The position numbers were made by a program, and so were the translations under genes. Source: Octopus vulgaris (Eukaryota). Taken from it: a stretch of 64,000 nt of DNA. The notes beneath the pieces were generated by a model. It was not told where the DNA came from, ran no database searches, and was given only the letters and a program-made list of their open reading frames with translations. Location: the NCBI GenBank assembly GCA_951406725.2, contig OX597822.1, positions 98,394,001-98,458,000 on the forward strand, written 5' to 3'. Positions 40,471-54,109 of this stretch are shown in pieces (the stretch's first letter is position 1; each line of letters starts with the position of its first letter).

Positions 40471-40718
40471 ACAATAAGGTAAAGGTTTTTATTTTTCATT
40501 CATTTTGAGAATTACAACAATTAGTGGCTTGGAGTTTAACTGCTCTTTCTAGTGAGTCAGATATCCCATTTCTTTGGGTATCTCTTTTGTATTTGAACGT
40601 ACACTGTATTCTTCTTTGAATAATGTATAGTCTATTGACTAAATTTTTTCCTTCTCGCTAGACCACTGGTAACAAACATTTTTTTCGATAAATATTCTTG
40701 CTACCCTATATATATATA

Positions 40719-40785
<67 letters not shown>

Positions 40786-40950
40786 AATTAAGGACTGAAC
40801 ACGAAAAAGTGGACAGTCAACATGCTAGATATAGACGTCAAATCGCCATTCTCCACAAAAAGTCTATGTTCTCAGATCAATATATATATATATAAAATAT
40901 ATAAAAATATATATATATATATATATATATATAATGTATATATATATATA

Positions 40951-41121
40951 TATCTTATAATTAAGGGCTAAAGAAGGTTATTATAAAGCCAATACACTGA
41001 TTTATCCACTTATAGTCCACTTGTTACAGGAAAATTGTTCAATTTTCCTGTAACAAGTGGATTATAAGTGGATAAATCAGTGTATTGGCTTTATAATAAC
41101 CTTCTTTAGCCCTTAATTATA

Positions 41122-41126
<5 letters not shown>
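40951..41126. repeat. ~175-bp near-perfect palindrome flanked by (TA)n
   Basis: Arms of ~87 bp with one mismatch. Centre AAAATTG-TT-CAATTTT. Confidence 0.9.
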
Positions 41127-41175
<49 letters not shown>

Positions 41176-42627
41176 TCTTTAGCCTTAATTATAAGATGTT
41201 TATACTTCAACCGTAAAGGTTTTTTTAATATACTGCCACGCTTTTTGATGGAATCCTTTTCTGTAGAGAAAGGGACTTCATCCTATATTGTTAGTATATA
41301 TATATATATATATATATATACAACGGGCTTCTTTCAGGTTCCGTCTACTAAATCCACTCACAATTACCTGCAACATACAAATCAGAAAACGTTGAAAGAC
41401 ACCAAATATAATTTGTGCGTAACCAAAATTGAAGGCACCAACCAATTATTGACAACCGAGACAGAATGTTTTCTAGCAATTATCCTTTAATGTAACATGA
41501 TGCGATGGCAAGAACAATCTGGAACAGAATATGAAAAATTAAAATACTTGCAGATAAATTTGACTATATTGAGACCGATGTATCTAAATGAATATGGGTA
41601 GAGCTCAAAAATTTAAACACCTATGAAGCTAGAATTCGGCTAAATATTTTTGTTAGATACCACTAGAAAAAAATATGCTCTGTTGTGGAAATCAGCTACT
41701 CGCTGGACACGAACGTAATAAGAAAAACACAGGAGAAAAGGAGCGAGTGTGCAAATTCATTACCCAAAACACACTTTCACTTTCATAACTATTAAAATCT
41801 GAGCAACTGAGGATGTACCAAACAGCATGCCGCAAAGTTAGGCTAAACTTGGTTTCTTCAGGGAGGGAATGCAACTCCATAATCCATACACTACAAATAA
41901 CCACGATATCTGGGACAATAAAAATCTCACACAACTTCTTGTGGTTTGAAGAATGATGAGTATGCGAGGATGTTTTATTTCAAAACCTTGTTACCAAGAA
42001 ATTGATCGTTAAAAATTAAATCTAGATTAAAAAGAGGGGAAGAAAACATACACACACAGATACGTATATACGCATCCAATTATGTATGTACGTAAGTACT
42101 TATGTATTTATAGTCCAGCGGGGTAGGTTTGTCTGAGGATACGCAGAGGTCAAAATACTACGATACCCCAAACTTCCCTTACATCGGCAAAGTTCATTTG
42201 CTATAATTACCCATAGTCTAAAGAGAGGAGGTATTCTCTGATGACAAATAGCAAAAGCAATCAGGCCTTCATGCTCGAAACTGCCAGGATGTGCGCATCC
42301 AGTAAATTATTAAAGGTAAGTATTTATATGGATGTATGTATACACGTCACCAAATTACAGATATCCTCATATATAAATATACTGTATATGAACACGCATA
42401 ATATCTCTATTAGCAATAAATTAGCAGCTTGAATAGGCCAAAAACTCGATTTGTTGAATATATTAATGGTAAATTTCTAAAATAGAAATTTAAATTATGG
42501 AAGGACATGGGAGAAGAAAAAAAAGAGTGAAGTTCTTTGTTAATGTTAATTTAAGATTAAGGTATGCAACAAATAAATATATTTTGTCGTTAATTCAAGC
42601 ACGGAATATGTTTTCACATGTACATGC

Positions 42628-42662
<35 letters not shown>

Positions 42663-43389
42663 GCGTGCGCGTGTATCTATGTCTCTCTCTCTATATATAT
42701 ATGTTTAGGTATGTATGTATACATATACAAGTGTGTGTGTGTACAAGTATGTGTGTGTGTGTGTGTGTGTTGATATACGTATGTTATATATTTAGCAACA
42801 TTTCCACATGTATCTACATGCACACACACACACACACACACATATATACATATATATACATACTCTATACATACACGGCTACATATACTTGTGTGCAAAC
42901 GTACATATGTTATCAAAACAATAACAGAAAACACGAATGGAGAGATACCTGAATAAGTACCTAACGATTTTGTTTAAACAGTTTTACCGAATGCCCTCAT
43001 CTTTAATGTACCGTCTCAGATATTCCACTTGGCAAGTATTCATAAATGTTTTATATTGCAAAATACTTTCCGAAATATACCTACTATCTGAAGTATTATT
43101 TAGGCAGTAACATATAATTGCAAGTAGATATTTATGCTTTTTAATGTGCGCTTGCGTGTGAGTTTCTATGTTTAGGTATGTATGCATATGTCTATGTTCT
43201 ATGTATGTGCAGAGGGCTGTTTGAGTGAGTGAATATGTGAATCAAGAAGGAATAGTTTAGAAGTAACTTTGCAAACTGTCACACTCTTTCTTGTAAAAGC
43301 AATTTTGATATTGCATATAAAATATTAATGACTTTCAAATGAATCAATGATTTATTTTTGTGAATCTATCGATAAATGAACAATACAAA

Positions 43390-43394
43390 ATCTA

Positions 43395-43474
<80 letters not shown>

Positions 43475-43590
43475 TCTTTCTATCTATCTATTTATCTGTC
43501 TATCTATCAAAAGTTATCTACCTATCAGTCTGTCTGTCTGTCTGTCTGTCTATCTGTCTATCTATCTATCAAAATTTATCTACCTATCTG

Positions 43591-43640
<50 letters not shown>

Positions 43641-43753
43641 ATATGTCTGTCTGTCTGTTTGTCTGCCTGCCTGTCTGTCTGTCTGTCTGTCCGTCCAGCC
43701 ATCCATCACTTCATTTACCTTTCCATCGATCTATCTAAGCTTCTATCTGTCTG

Positions 43754-43789
<36 letters not shown>

Positions 43790-44079
43790 CTTTTTTTTTT
43801 CCTCTTCCCCTTTTTTTCCCCTTTTTTCTTCTTTTTTCATTTCTCTTTCCTTTTGTTCCTTTTCCTTTTCTTTTTTTTCTTTTTATTCTTTTTATTTTAT
43901 TCAATTTTTTGTTGTTGTTTTTGTTCTTTTCTTCCCTTTTACGATCCCTCTTGATCGAAAACCTACGCCACCCCCCTTTTTTTTTCTTTTGTTTTTTGTT
44001 CTCCTCATCCCCCAAAAGAAAAGCTCTACCTTGTAACTTGTCCCATCTGTGTGCAGCCCTGTGTGGCCAATAAAGAAAC

Positions 44080-44115
<36 letters not shown>

Positions 44116-44124
44116 ATATATATA

Positions 44125-44215
<91 letters not shown>

Positions 44216-44231
44216 TTATCTACCTATCTAC

Positions 44232-44271
<40 letters not shown>

Positions 44272-44280
44272 TTATCTATC
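43390..44280. repeat. (TCTG)n/(TCTA)n tetranucleotide region with a T-rich low-complexity insert
   Basis: Direct reading. Confidence 0.9.
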
Positions 44281-44717
44281 AACCTGTCAGCGTCGTTGTC
44301 TGTTTACTTATCCAACTACATCTTCCATAATATATATATATATGGGTTTGTGTATGTGTGTATTTACATGTACATGCATGTGCGCACCGCAAATTTGCAT
44401 ATGCATGAATATATGTATATAGGTATGTATGTTTGTGTGTATACATACATCAAGATTGAGAGAGAGAGAAAGTGTGAGAAAGAGAGTGGTACACACATTC
44501 GCATCGCTTTATCTTCCGAAGCAATTGATTTTGTGAAGTATGGAACTAGTTGAATCAGTACTTGACTCAGGCGAAGGTTAAAAGAAAGCCAGAGATTCTT
44601 GGTGGGGTGAATTTTGAGATGACATTGCTCTGCTTACAGAAACAATATATGGACTTCTTGAGATAACATCCAAGATGAACGACTACCAGGAGGAACAAAA
44701 AAAAAAAAGAATCAACA

Positions 44718-45143
44718 GCTGGAGTGGCTGTGTGGTAAGTAGCTTGCTAACCAACCACATGGTTCCGGGTTCAGTCCCACTGCGTGGCATATTGGGCAAG
44801 TGTCTGTTGCTATAGCCCCGGGCCGACCAATGCCTTGTGAGTGGATTTGGTAGACGGAAACTGAAAGAAGCCCGTCGTATATATGTATATATATATAAGT
44901 GTGTGTGTATATGTTTGTGTGTCGGTGTTTGTGTTTGTCCCCCTAGCATTGCTTGACAACCGATGCTGGTGTGTTTACGTCCCCGTCACTTAGCGGTTCG
45001 GCAAAAACAGACCGATAGAATAAGTACTGGGCTTACAAAGAATAAGTCCCGGGGTCGATTTGCTCGACTAAAGGCGGTGCTCCAGCATGGCCGCAGTCAA
45101 ATGACTGAAACAAGTAAAAGAGTAAAAGAGTAAGAGTAAAGAG
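44718..45143 (+). mobile_element. Family A SINE
   Basis: Full-length match. Confidence 0.9.
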
Positions 45144-45462
45144 ATAACCTGGATTAACGACATAAAACAATATCCATTTGACTGTACGCTGTTGAGAGAA
45201 AGTGGGTAATTACGGCTTCAGGAAAAAACGTTACCAATCGTCATGGAAAATAACACATGTTGTGCACACTGGAATCGACAAATCAAAGGCTGTATTAGAC
45301 AGCATGGGTCATATCAGAGCAGCAAAAAAGTATTAACGCAGACGGAAAGGTCTACTTAGACACAGTGCAAAATTTCTGCTCAAGATTGTGGAAGCAAGAG
45401 GAAAATATGGGCTTTATATAGGGCTCGGTTAATGTTACATCAGTATTTCTTCTTCAATTGAA

Positions 45463-45692
45463 GGCGGCGAGCTAGCAGAAACGTTGGAGCGCCGGGCGAA
45501 ATGCCTACCGGTATTTCGTCTGCGTTACGTTGTGAGTTCGAATTCTGCCGAGGTCGACTTTGCCTTTCATCCTTTCGGGGTCGATAAATTAAGTACCAGT
45601 TACGCACTGGGGTCGATGTAATCGACTTAATACCTATGTCTGTCCTTGTTTGTCCCCTCTGTGTTTAGCCCCTTGTGGGTAATAAAGAAATA
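45463..45692 (+). mobile_element. Family B SINE with 17-bp TSD AGTATTTCTTCTTCAAT
   Basis: TSD at 45442-45458 and 45693-45709. Confidence 0.92.
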
Positions 45693-45902
45693 AGTATTTC
45701 TTCTTCAATAAAAAAGATAGGAAATGAAACTTGCACAAACTTCTTTTCAAACTAAGCATTTTATAGACCTGTTTTCTTTTCATTCCCAGCCATAGACGTA
45801 GATTTTCATATCTTTACATACGCATACACACACACACACATAGATATGCATAAGTATGTGTGTATTCATACATACATACGTACATACACACACATATATA
45901 TA

Positions 45903-45940
<38 letters not shown>

Positions 45941-46070
45941 ATCAAAGCAATTAAGATTCAAGTAAATTCCAATGAATTCACTTGAATGTGGTACTTAACT
46001 TAGATGCACCAGAAAAACTATATGGTGTTATCCATACAGTAATGTGGGGTGTATATATATATACACCTCG

Positions 46071-46102
<32 letters not shown>

Positions 46103-46263
46103 GGCGTAGGCGTGGCTGTGTGGTAAGAAGCTCACCTCCAAACCACATGGTTCCCGTTTCAGTCCCACTGCGTGGCATCTTGAGGAAGTGTCTTCTACTA
46201 TAGCTTCGGGCCGACCAAAGGCTTATCAGTGGATTTGGTAGACGGAAACTGAACGAAGCAGGT

Positions 46264-46336
<73 letters not shown>

Positions 46337-46600
46337 GTATGTATGTATGTATGTATGTGTGTGTGTGTGTGTGTGTATCTATGTGTGTGTTTTTGTGTCT
46401 GTGTTTGTCCTCCACCACTGCTTGACAACCAGTGTTGGTGTGTTTATGTCCTCATAACTTAGAGGCTCCATAAAAGAGACTGATAGTATAAGTACTAGGA
46501 TTAAAACAAACAAGTCCTGGGGTCGACTTAGTTTGACTAAAACCTTTCAAGGCGGTGCCCCAGCATAGATGCAGTCAAATGACTGAAACAAGTAAAAGAT
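46103..46600 (+). mobile_element. Older family A SINE subfamily copy
   Basis: Diverged but colinear match. Confidence 0.8.
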
Positions 46601-47087
46601 AAAATATATTACGGACTCGGCTAACAGTCCACATAGTCATCCAACACAGGGCATCCATGCAGCTTAAGTGCAGAAGATCCGATCGGTTTATATACCCTGA
46701 ATAGGTATATAAACACTGAAATGTCAGGAGGTATGAGAGATGAATATATTTCTCTAACAACTTGACATCCTTAAAATTACAGCCGTTTCGTAGACTTCTT
46801 CATTAGGTTTATATGTTTGCATTAATATACATAACTGTCATTTTGCAATACAATTATATACTCAGAATGTCAATGAAATAAATGAACGTAGCTCATTAGA
46901 TCACTAGAACATCATGGAAACACTACTATATAATGCAACCATGCATATAAATTCAAACATATAAGCATTATTTCTCCCACAGTGAAATTATCAATACATG
47001 AAGGTGTCAGTGAAACGGTTGTAATCCTAAGGATATCAAGCGGCTAAATAGATTCATTTACCTCTCATACATCCTGACTTTTATGAA

Positions 47088-47151
<64 letters not shown>

Positions 47152-47156
47152 GCACA

Positions 47157-47212
<56 letters not shown>

Positions 47213-47214
<2 letters not shown>

Positions 47215-47616
47215 CTCTTTACTCTTTTACTTTTTTACTTGTTTCAGTCATTTGACTGTGGCCATGCTGGGACACCGCCCTTAGTCGAGCAAATCGACCC
47301 CCAGGAATTATTCTTTGTAAGCCCAGTACTTATTCTATCGGTCTCTTTTGCCGAACCGCTAAATTACGGGGACGTAAACACACCAGCATCGGTTGTCAAG
47401 CGATGTTGGAGGAACAAGCACAGACACTCAAACACATGTATATATACATATATACGACGGGCTTCTTTCAGTTTCCGTCTACCAAATCCACTCACAAGGC
47501 CTTGGTCGGCCCGAGGCTATAGTAGAAGACACTTGCCCAAGGTGCCACGCAGTGGGACTGAACCGGAAGCATGTGGTTTGTAAGCAAGCTACTTACCACA
47601 CAGCCACTCCTACGCC
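47213..47616 (-). mobile_element. Family A SINE
   Basis: Full-length match. Confidence 0.9.
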
Positions 47617-47701
47617 TATATATATATATATATATATATATATTGTCAATAATATAATATGTGTGTGTGTATGTATATGTATATATATATATATATGGCG
47701 G

Positions 47702-47733
<32 letters not shown>

Positions 47734-47746
47734 TTGTGTGTGTGTG

Positions 47747-47829
<83 letters not shown>

Positions 47830-47903
47830 GGTGCCCCAGCATGGCCACAGCTCGTGAGCTGAAAGTAGATAAAATAGAAAAAAAATAGATGTTAAAATAT
47901 TAT

Positions 47904-47965
47904 TTTCAACTGACGATCCCAGAGTATGTTTGTCATACAGAGGGTGAAATCAATTGACGTTGAAA
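47904..47965 (+). ncRNA. Type-I hammerhead motif (tandem unit 1; cleavage triplet mutated)
   Basis: tttcaa CTGACGA t ccc agagtatg tttgt catac aga ggg t GAAA tcaattga CG ttgaaa. Confidence 0.6.
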
Positions 47966-48365
47966 TATACATTCCTTACTTATGTATTCCACGCAAGGTA
48001 AGACTGTTTCTCCTATGTTCATTGCATTGCCCGTGTGCATCTTAATAGTGAGTTACTGGTAGTTTTGGAGAGATGGTTCTGATTATAGCAAGTGGTATTT
48101 AAATGCCATACTCAATCTAAATTTACTTGATATTTTGCATATAATGTTGTAAACGTTTAGCCAACTTATTATTATCATTAATAACGGCAATAATAATTCT
48201 TTATTTAAATTTATACTGGCTCACGATAATTTTGTTTTAAATGCCGTGAGGACATTTAAAGTAAAGATCGCACACGAGGTAATGCGATGAATATTTCAGA
48301 AATAGATGTTAAAAATCTTAATTTCAGCTGACGACCCCAGAGCATAGTAGATGTTAAAATGTTAT

Positions 48366-48427
48366 TTCCAGCTGACGATCCCAGAGTATATTTGTCATAC
48401 AGAAGGTGAAATCAATTGATTTTGGAA
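48366..48427 (+). ncRNA. Type-I hammerhead motif (tandem unit 2)
   Basis: ttccag CTGACGA t ccc...agg t GAAA tcaattga TT ttggaa. AUU triplet. Confidence 0.65.
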
Positions 48428-48620
48428 TATATATTCCTTACTTACGTATTTCATACAAGGTAAGCCTGTTTCTCCTATGTTCATTACACTTCCCGTGTGT
48501 AAATTGATAATGTGTTACTGATGGTTTTGGGGCGATGGCTCCGATTATAGCAAGTGATATTTAAATACCCTACTGAATCTAAATTTTGCTTACGTATATA
48601 TGTATATATATATTTATATA

Positions 48621-48729
<109 letters not shown>

Positions 48730-48804
48730 GATAAATTCCTCTATTTACATAATATCGAGTTCTCATTCATTCTTTTGTTGTCATACCATTACTTTGAATA
48801 GTAT

Positions 48805-49360
48805 ATATTGGGTCGTTCCATAAATAATCTGGCTTTCCAATTGCATGAACTAAAAGTCGGAGGGGACGTGATTAACTACCAGCATCAGCTTGTTATAAAA
48901 GCAGATAATAATTTTACGTTCCCCTTATTCTTAGTGCAGGTTTTGATGAGAGCAGTTCGATTTTAATAGTTATTTTGTAAAAGCTATATTGAAAGTGACA
49001 ATGAAGCATATTCGACATATGTTGCTTTATGAGTTCAACAAAGGCAACAACGCAACGGAAAGTGTGGAGAATATTAGAGTCCAACGAAGATGTCTTGGAA
49101 ACCATGATGGATCAGTGGAACAAGATCCCAACGTGACTGTTGAGGAAGGCGCTTGGATTTAGTCATTCGACCATTAATACACACCTGTGTGCCATCGGAA
49201 GAACCAGCAAATTTGGTCAATGGGTTCCTCACAAATATCCGAGTCTAATTGCGCGCAGAGAGTGAACGTGTGCTCTTTGCTGTCACGTCTCACGAATGAA
49301 CCCTTTTTGGACCGAACAGCGATTGGTGACGACGAGAAATATGTTCCCTATAAAAATGAC
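48805..49360 (+). pseudogene. Mariner (Mos1/Hsmar-like) transposase 5' relic
   Basis: MKHIRHMLLYEFNKGNNATES, GQWVPHK (WVPHEL motif), EPFLDRTAIGDDEKYV. Confidence 0.8.
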
Positions 49361-49437
49361 ATGCTTGGGAATGAAGCAAGAAAGATGAGTGAGAGCACTC
49401 TAACCACATGACATAAGCATATATGTAAATGTATATC

Positions 49438-49495
<58 letters not shown>

Positions 49496-49532
49496 TAATA
49501 ATAATAATAATAATAATAATGATAATAATAAT

Positions 49533-49790
49533 AAACAGAAACAATTCCTATCATAGTAGGTGCATTAGGCATGATAAAAAAATATTCAGACAAATACATA
49601 ACAAAAACTCCAGGACTTACAAACACATATAACATACAGAAAATTGCACTACTAGGCACTGCACACATCCTACGCAGAACACTTTCCATACAATAACCAT
49701 CAGAGCATCACAACAAATTACAGCACATACCAAGGCACACAGAGCTGCGCTCGGTAGTGAAGTGAAAGCACGCTATAAAAAATAAAACTG

Positions 49791-49795
<5 letters not shown>
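49533..49795 (+). mobile_element. R4/Dong-type 3' end between (AAT)n tracts
   Basis: ETIPIIVGALGMIKK..QKIALLGTAHILRRTLSIQ*, then a UTR, then (AAT)n. Confidence 0.8.
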
Positions 49796-49842
<47 letters not shown>

Positions 49843-49867
49843 TTAATAATAATAATAATAATAATAA

Positions 49868-50255
49868 TAGGGAGTATAGCTCCAAAGTTTCCGGCAAAAA
49901 TTCAATTTAGTATTAAATCAAATTTCACAATATAAATATATATTATATATAAATTAGAGAAAAACCACTATTATGTAATTCAAACAATGATAGACATAAA
50001 CCAAATCATATAGAAAAAATAAAATATATTATAAAACATATGACTAGATCACAAAAAGTACAAGAAAATGAATAAACAATATTACTTATTACTTATTATA
50101 TTTACTTATTACTTATTATATACTTAGTATATATTGTTTATTCATTTGTTGTACTTTTTGTGACCTGGTCATGTTTTACAATATATTTAATTTTTTCTAT
50201 ATGATTTGGTCTATGTCTATCATTGTTTGACTTACATAATAGTGGTTTTTCTCTA

Positions 50256-50265
<10 letters not shown>
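49868..50265 (-). mobile_element. Foldback element related to 3237-3675
   Basis: Inverted arms ~49945-50082 / ~50130-50265 beginning AAATTAGAGAAAAACCACTATT. The flank at 49868-49935 resembles the reverse complement of 3600-3665. Confidence 0.65.
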
Positions 50266-50291
<26 letters not shown>

Positions 50292-50320
50292 TATAGTGTG
50301 TATATATATATATAGTGCAT

Positions 50321-50373
<53 letters not shown>

Positions 50374-51021
50374 GTATATATATATAGTGCATGATGTATA
50401 AAGATAGATAGATAGATAGGAAAATATAATGTACGAATTTCATTAACAAAGAATGATAAATAGTCCTGTAATGTAAAATATATCTAAATTGCATTGTCAC
50501 ATCTTCAGAGATGAGTAACCTGATAATCTGGAGAAGGCAACACTATCTCTAATCCAGTAATGCCACGAATGAAAGCGACGCAGTTCTAAAAATTTGACAA
50601 GTTCGGTTTCTTATTTACATTATATAACTAAAAATCATTTCTTTTTTCTTAATAAAACAGGCATAAGATGGTATTACTCAGTAATAAACAAAATCTCCTG
50701 TATCATTTTGTTTTCTGCAACTACTCTGCGACAACAGATTCCAACAAGCTGATGTCTGGAGTTCTATTCTCGATTCTCTCTGTGACATTAGAACAAAATA
50801 CGAGGATAATTAGGTTTTGCCATAACAGCAATGCATCTTGTGCTCACACATAAACAAGGGGCCTCAAAAACAGCAAAAAGGACTATATACATAAATAATA
50901 TATACAACTGTATATAAATGATGCTAACACAAATAAACATTCCAAATTATATTCAAATACACAAAAACTTATACACGCACTCATGTGTGCATTTGTGAAT
51001 TTAATATATAATGTGTCTACG

Positions 51022-51925
51022 TATAAAGTGGTCTGATCAATACATATCCCGACCGTTGCCATAGTAACGAATTCAAAGTACGCAAAGTGAAGTCACTGGG
51101 CACAGATTGACCTTAAGCTCTGTTGTGCATGCGCACTAAGTTCTGACGTTCTAGCTCACTTCAGATGTTTACAGCAGTGCTTGGAAGGAAGGTGTGTAGC
51201 GTGTAATCGCCGCATTGACCATGACAGAGAAAGTTGAGCAGAGAATCTGCATCAAATTTTGCCAAATGTTTGGCGATACCTGCTCAGATGTCTACGCAAA
51301 CTTTTCAAAAGGTTTTTATCGTTCTCGACACAATCAAGAAGATCTTGTGCAACTGAAACCCGAATGTACTTTTTTATCAACTGAAATCAGTTTTGGCACA
51401 AACTTGGCAGACACGCATCTCATACCCAAATCTTCAGTGATAACGGACTGAACTGAACCGTAAATAATCTGCACATCCCCCTCTGATAATTCACGGAAGG
51501 TAATTCGACCATTTTCTCTCACAGCTGCACGCACATCTGCGATGTTTTTCTCAGTTCTGCTGGTTACGGGTCTCCCAGAAACGTGCGTATATATCGACAT
51601 TTTTTGGCCATCTTGGAAACATCTGAAACACTTTTACACGTATGTGCGGCCCATACGCTCCTCCCCATACACTTTCTGCAACTTTGCAAAGGCTTCTGAG
51701 TAGGTATCGCAACGACAACTTTCTCAGTCATGTCAATGCCACGGTAACACGGTACATACATCCCTTCCAAGCCCTGCTGTAAACAGCGACGTAAGCTCGA
51801 ACATTAAAATTTAATGCGCATGCACAGCAAAGTTTAAGGTCAATCTGTGCCAAGCAGCTTTTATCTGCGGGCTTTAGCTTCGTTACTATGCCAACAGTTC
51901 GAATACCTATTGATCAGACCTTGTA
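51022..51925. mobile_element. Non-autonomous mariner made of two convergent 5' halves
   Basis: The left arm (plus) has a TIR, 5' UTR and MTEKVEQRICIKFC. The right arm (minus) has the same TIR/UTR, MTEKV.. and SGRPVTSRTEKNI..GMRCVSAKFVPK. Confidence 0.8.
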
Positions 51926-51960
51926 TGCATATACAAATGTGTGCGTATGTATGTATGTAT

Positions 51961-52195
51961 ACCTATTTCTTTACTGCCCACAAGGAGCTAAACACAGAGA
52001 GGACAAACAAAGACAGACACACGGATTAAGTCGATTACATCGACCCCAGTGCGTAACTGGTACTTATTTAATCGACCCCGAAAGGATGAAAGGCAAAGTT
52101 AACCTCGGCGGAATTTGAACTCAGAACGTAACGCCAGACGAAATACGTCTACGCACTTCGCCCGGCGTGCTAACGTTTCTGCAAGCTCGCCGCCT
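51961..52195 (-). mobile_element. Family B SINE
   Basis: Full-length. TSD begins AGGTATACATAC on the minus strand, with a microsatellite expansion. Confidence 0.88.
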
Positions 52196-52714
52196 TTGTA
52201 TGTATGTATGTATGTATGTATGTATGTATGTATGTATGTATGTATGTATACCTACATACATATATGTGTATGTCTATATAAGTGTGAGCTCGTAAGTGTG
52301 TGAGCGCCCATTCATTTGAGTTGTACCTCTACATATAGAAAGCAGGGATCATTTAGATAATTGCAAACCGTGTTGTGTTAAACAGCATAAATTATCGATT
52401 GCCTTACTATGGAAAAATGAAAAGTCTACCAGACGGAGATAAACTAGGGTCGATATGACTGCGAATGCATTGGTTCAGCTTCGCTTCAGTCCCACGAGTG
52501 AAACCAGTAAAGAAACAAACAAAGGAAATGTTATCGTTCTATATCTGCTTCTTTCCTAATTTTCTCTTTCTTGCTCCTGGTCGATCATATTTCTGCAACA
52601 TAACAACAGCAATAGCAACTACTATAAAATCAACAAAAGTAATAATAATAAGAAGAAGAAATACTCTGATGCAGTACCAGGAAGTGACTATCATATTTTC
52701 TGATTTTAACTGAT

Positions 52715-53863
52715 TCGAAATGTTATCATATGCATGCACTGTGTATAAGATGGGCTTCAGTAAATATTCTGCTCAATACCAAACATTTCCTTGTCTGCTA
52801 CTCAGCTTTAACCATTTGCTCTTGTTCCGTAGTGGCTGACGGTATGTGCATCTGCGAGTTGGCAGAAACGTTAGCACACCGGGCGAAATGCTTAGCGGTA
52901 TTTCGTCTGCGTTACGTTGTGAGTTCAAATTCCGGCGAGGTCGACTTTGCCTTTCATCTTTTCGGAGTCGATAAATTAAGTACCAGTTACGCACTGGGGT
53001 CGATGTAATCGACTTAATCCGTTTGTCTGTCCTTGTTTGTCCTCTCTGTGTTTAGCCCCTTGTGGGTAGTAAAGAAATAGGTATTTCGTTTGCGTTACGT
53101 TGTGAGTTCAAATAATTCCGGCGAGGTCGACTTTGCCTTTCATCTTTTCGGGGTCGATAAATTAAGTACCAGTTACGCACTGGGATCGATGTATTCGACT
53201 TAATACCTATGTCTGTCCTTGTTTGTCCCCTCTGTGTTTAGCCCCTTGTGGGTAATAAAGAAATAGGTATGTGCATCTGTGATCTCGCGCAGGAGTAATG
53301 GGGAAGCATCATAGCTATGTGTTGATAGGGATTCTTTACAGTTTGAATGATTCATCCATTGAAACAAAAGTTTTCGTTCACCATGCTTAAATAACTCTTA
53401 CTCAGAGACCTTTCGAACGGAGAAGGCCTCTCGGCCTGAAGAAAGTTTTACCTGGGCCAACCTATTTCTTTATTACCCACAAGGGGCTAACACAGAGCGG
53501 ACAAACAAGGACAGACATAGGTATTAAGTCGATTACATCGACCACAGTGCGTAACTGGTACTTAATTTGTCGACCCCGAAAGGATGAAAGGCAAAGTTGA
53601 CCTCGCTGGAATTTGAACTCACAACGTAACGCAGACGAAATACCGCTAAGCGTTTCGCCCGGCGTGCTAACGTTTCTGCCAGCTCGCCAACCTGCAAGAT
53701 CATGCGTTATTTATCTTGACATGAGATCACTATATTGCGCTCATATGTTTGTGATGTATGTGTCTGATGTACAGTTATCAGACGGATAGTCATGTTGGGT
53801 ATATCGCGCTGCATATATTTCTACCCCAGTGTCACTTTAATGGCATGCACTGCTCTCTCACCC

Positions 53864-53864
<1 letters not shown>
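52715..53864 (+). mobile_element. Older family D copy carrying two family B insertions (dimer 52855-53265 plus; monomer 53459-53688 minus)
   Basis: Reverse complement of 11963-12450. The dimer is flanked by the 14-bp TSD GGTATGTGCATCTG. Confidence 0.8.
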
Positions 53865-53928
<64 letters not shown>

Positions 53929-53929
<1 letters not shown>

Positions 53930-54082
53930 TTATCTTGATATGAGATCACCATGTCGCGCACATATGGTTGTGATGCATGTGCCTGGTGTACCCTTATCAG
54001 ACGGGTAGTCATGATGGGTATATTGGGCTTTCTATATTTTACCCCAGTGTCACTTTGATGGCATGCACTGCTCTCTCACTCA
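53929..54082 (+). mobile_element. Family D terminal fragment between (AAT)n tracts
   Basis: Ends ..GCACTGCTCTCTCACTC followed by (AAT)n. Confidence 0.8.
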
Positions 54083-54109
54083 ATACTAATAATAATAATA
54101 ATAATAATA

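Noticed and set aside
44560-45420. Very old RTE-like RT remnant (DDIALL-like motif)
   Set aside because: Only one short motif was seen, which is not enough to annotate confidently.
46775-46812. CTAATGA..GAAA CGGCTG TA on the minus strand
   Set aside because: The core is mutated and stems I and II pair poorly. Mentioned only as a degenerate candidate.
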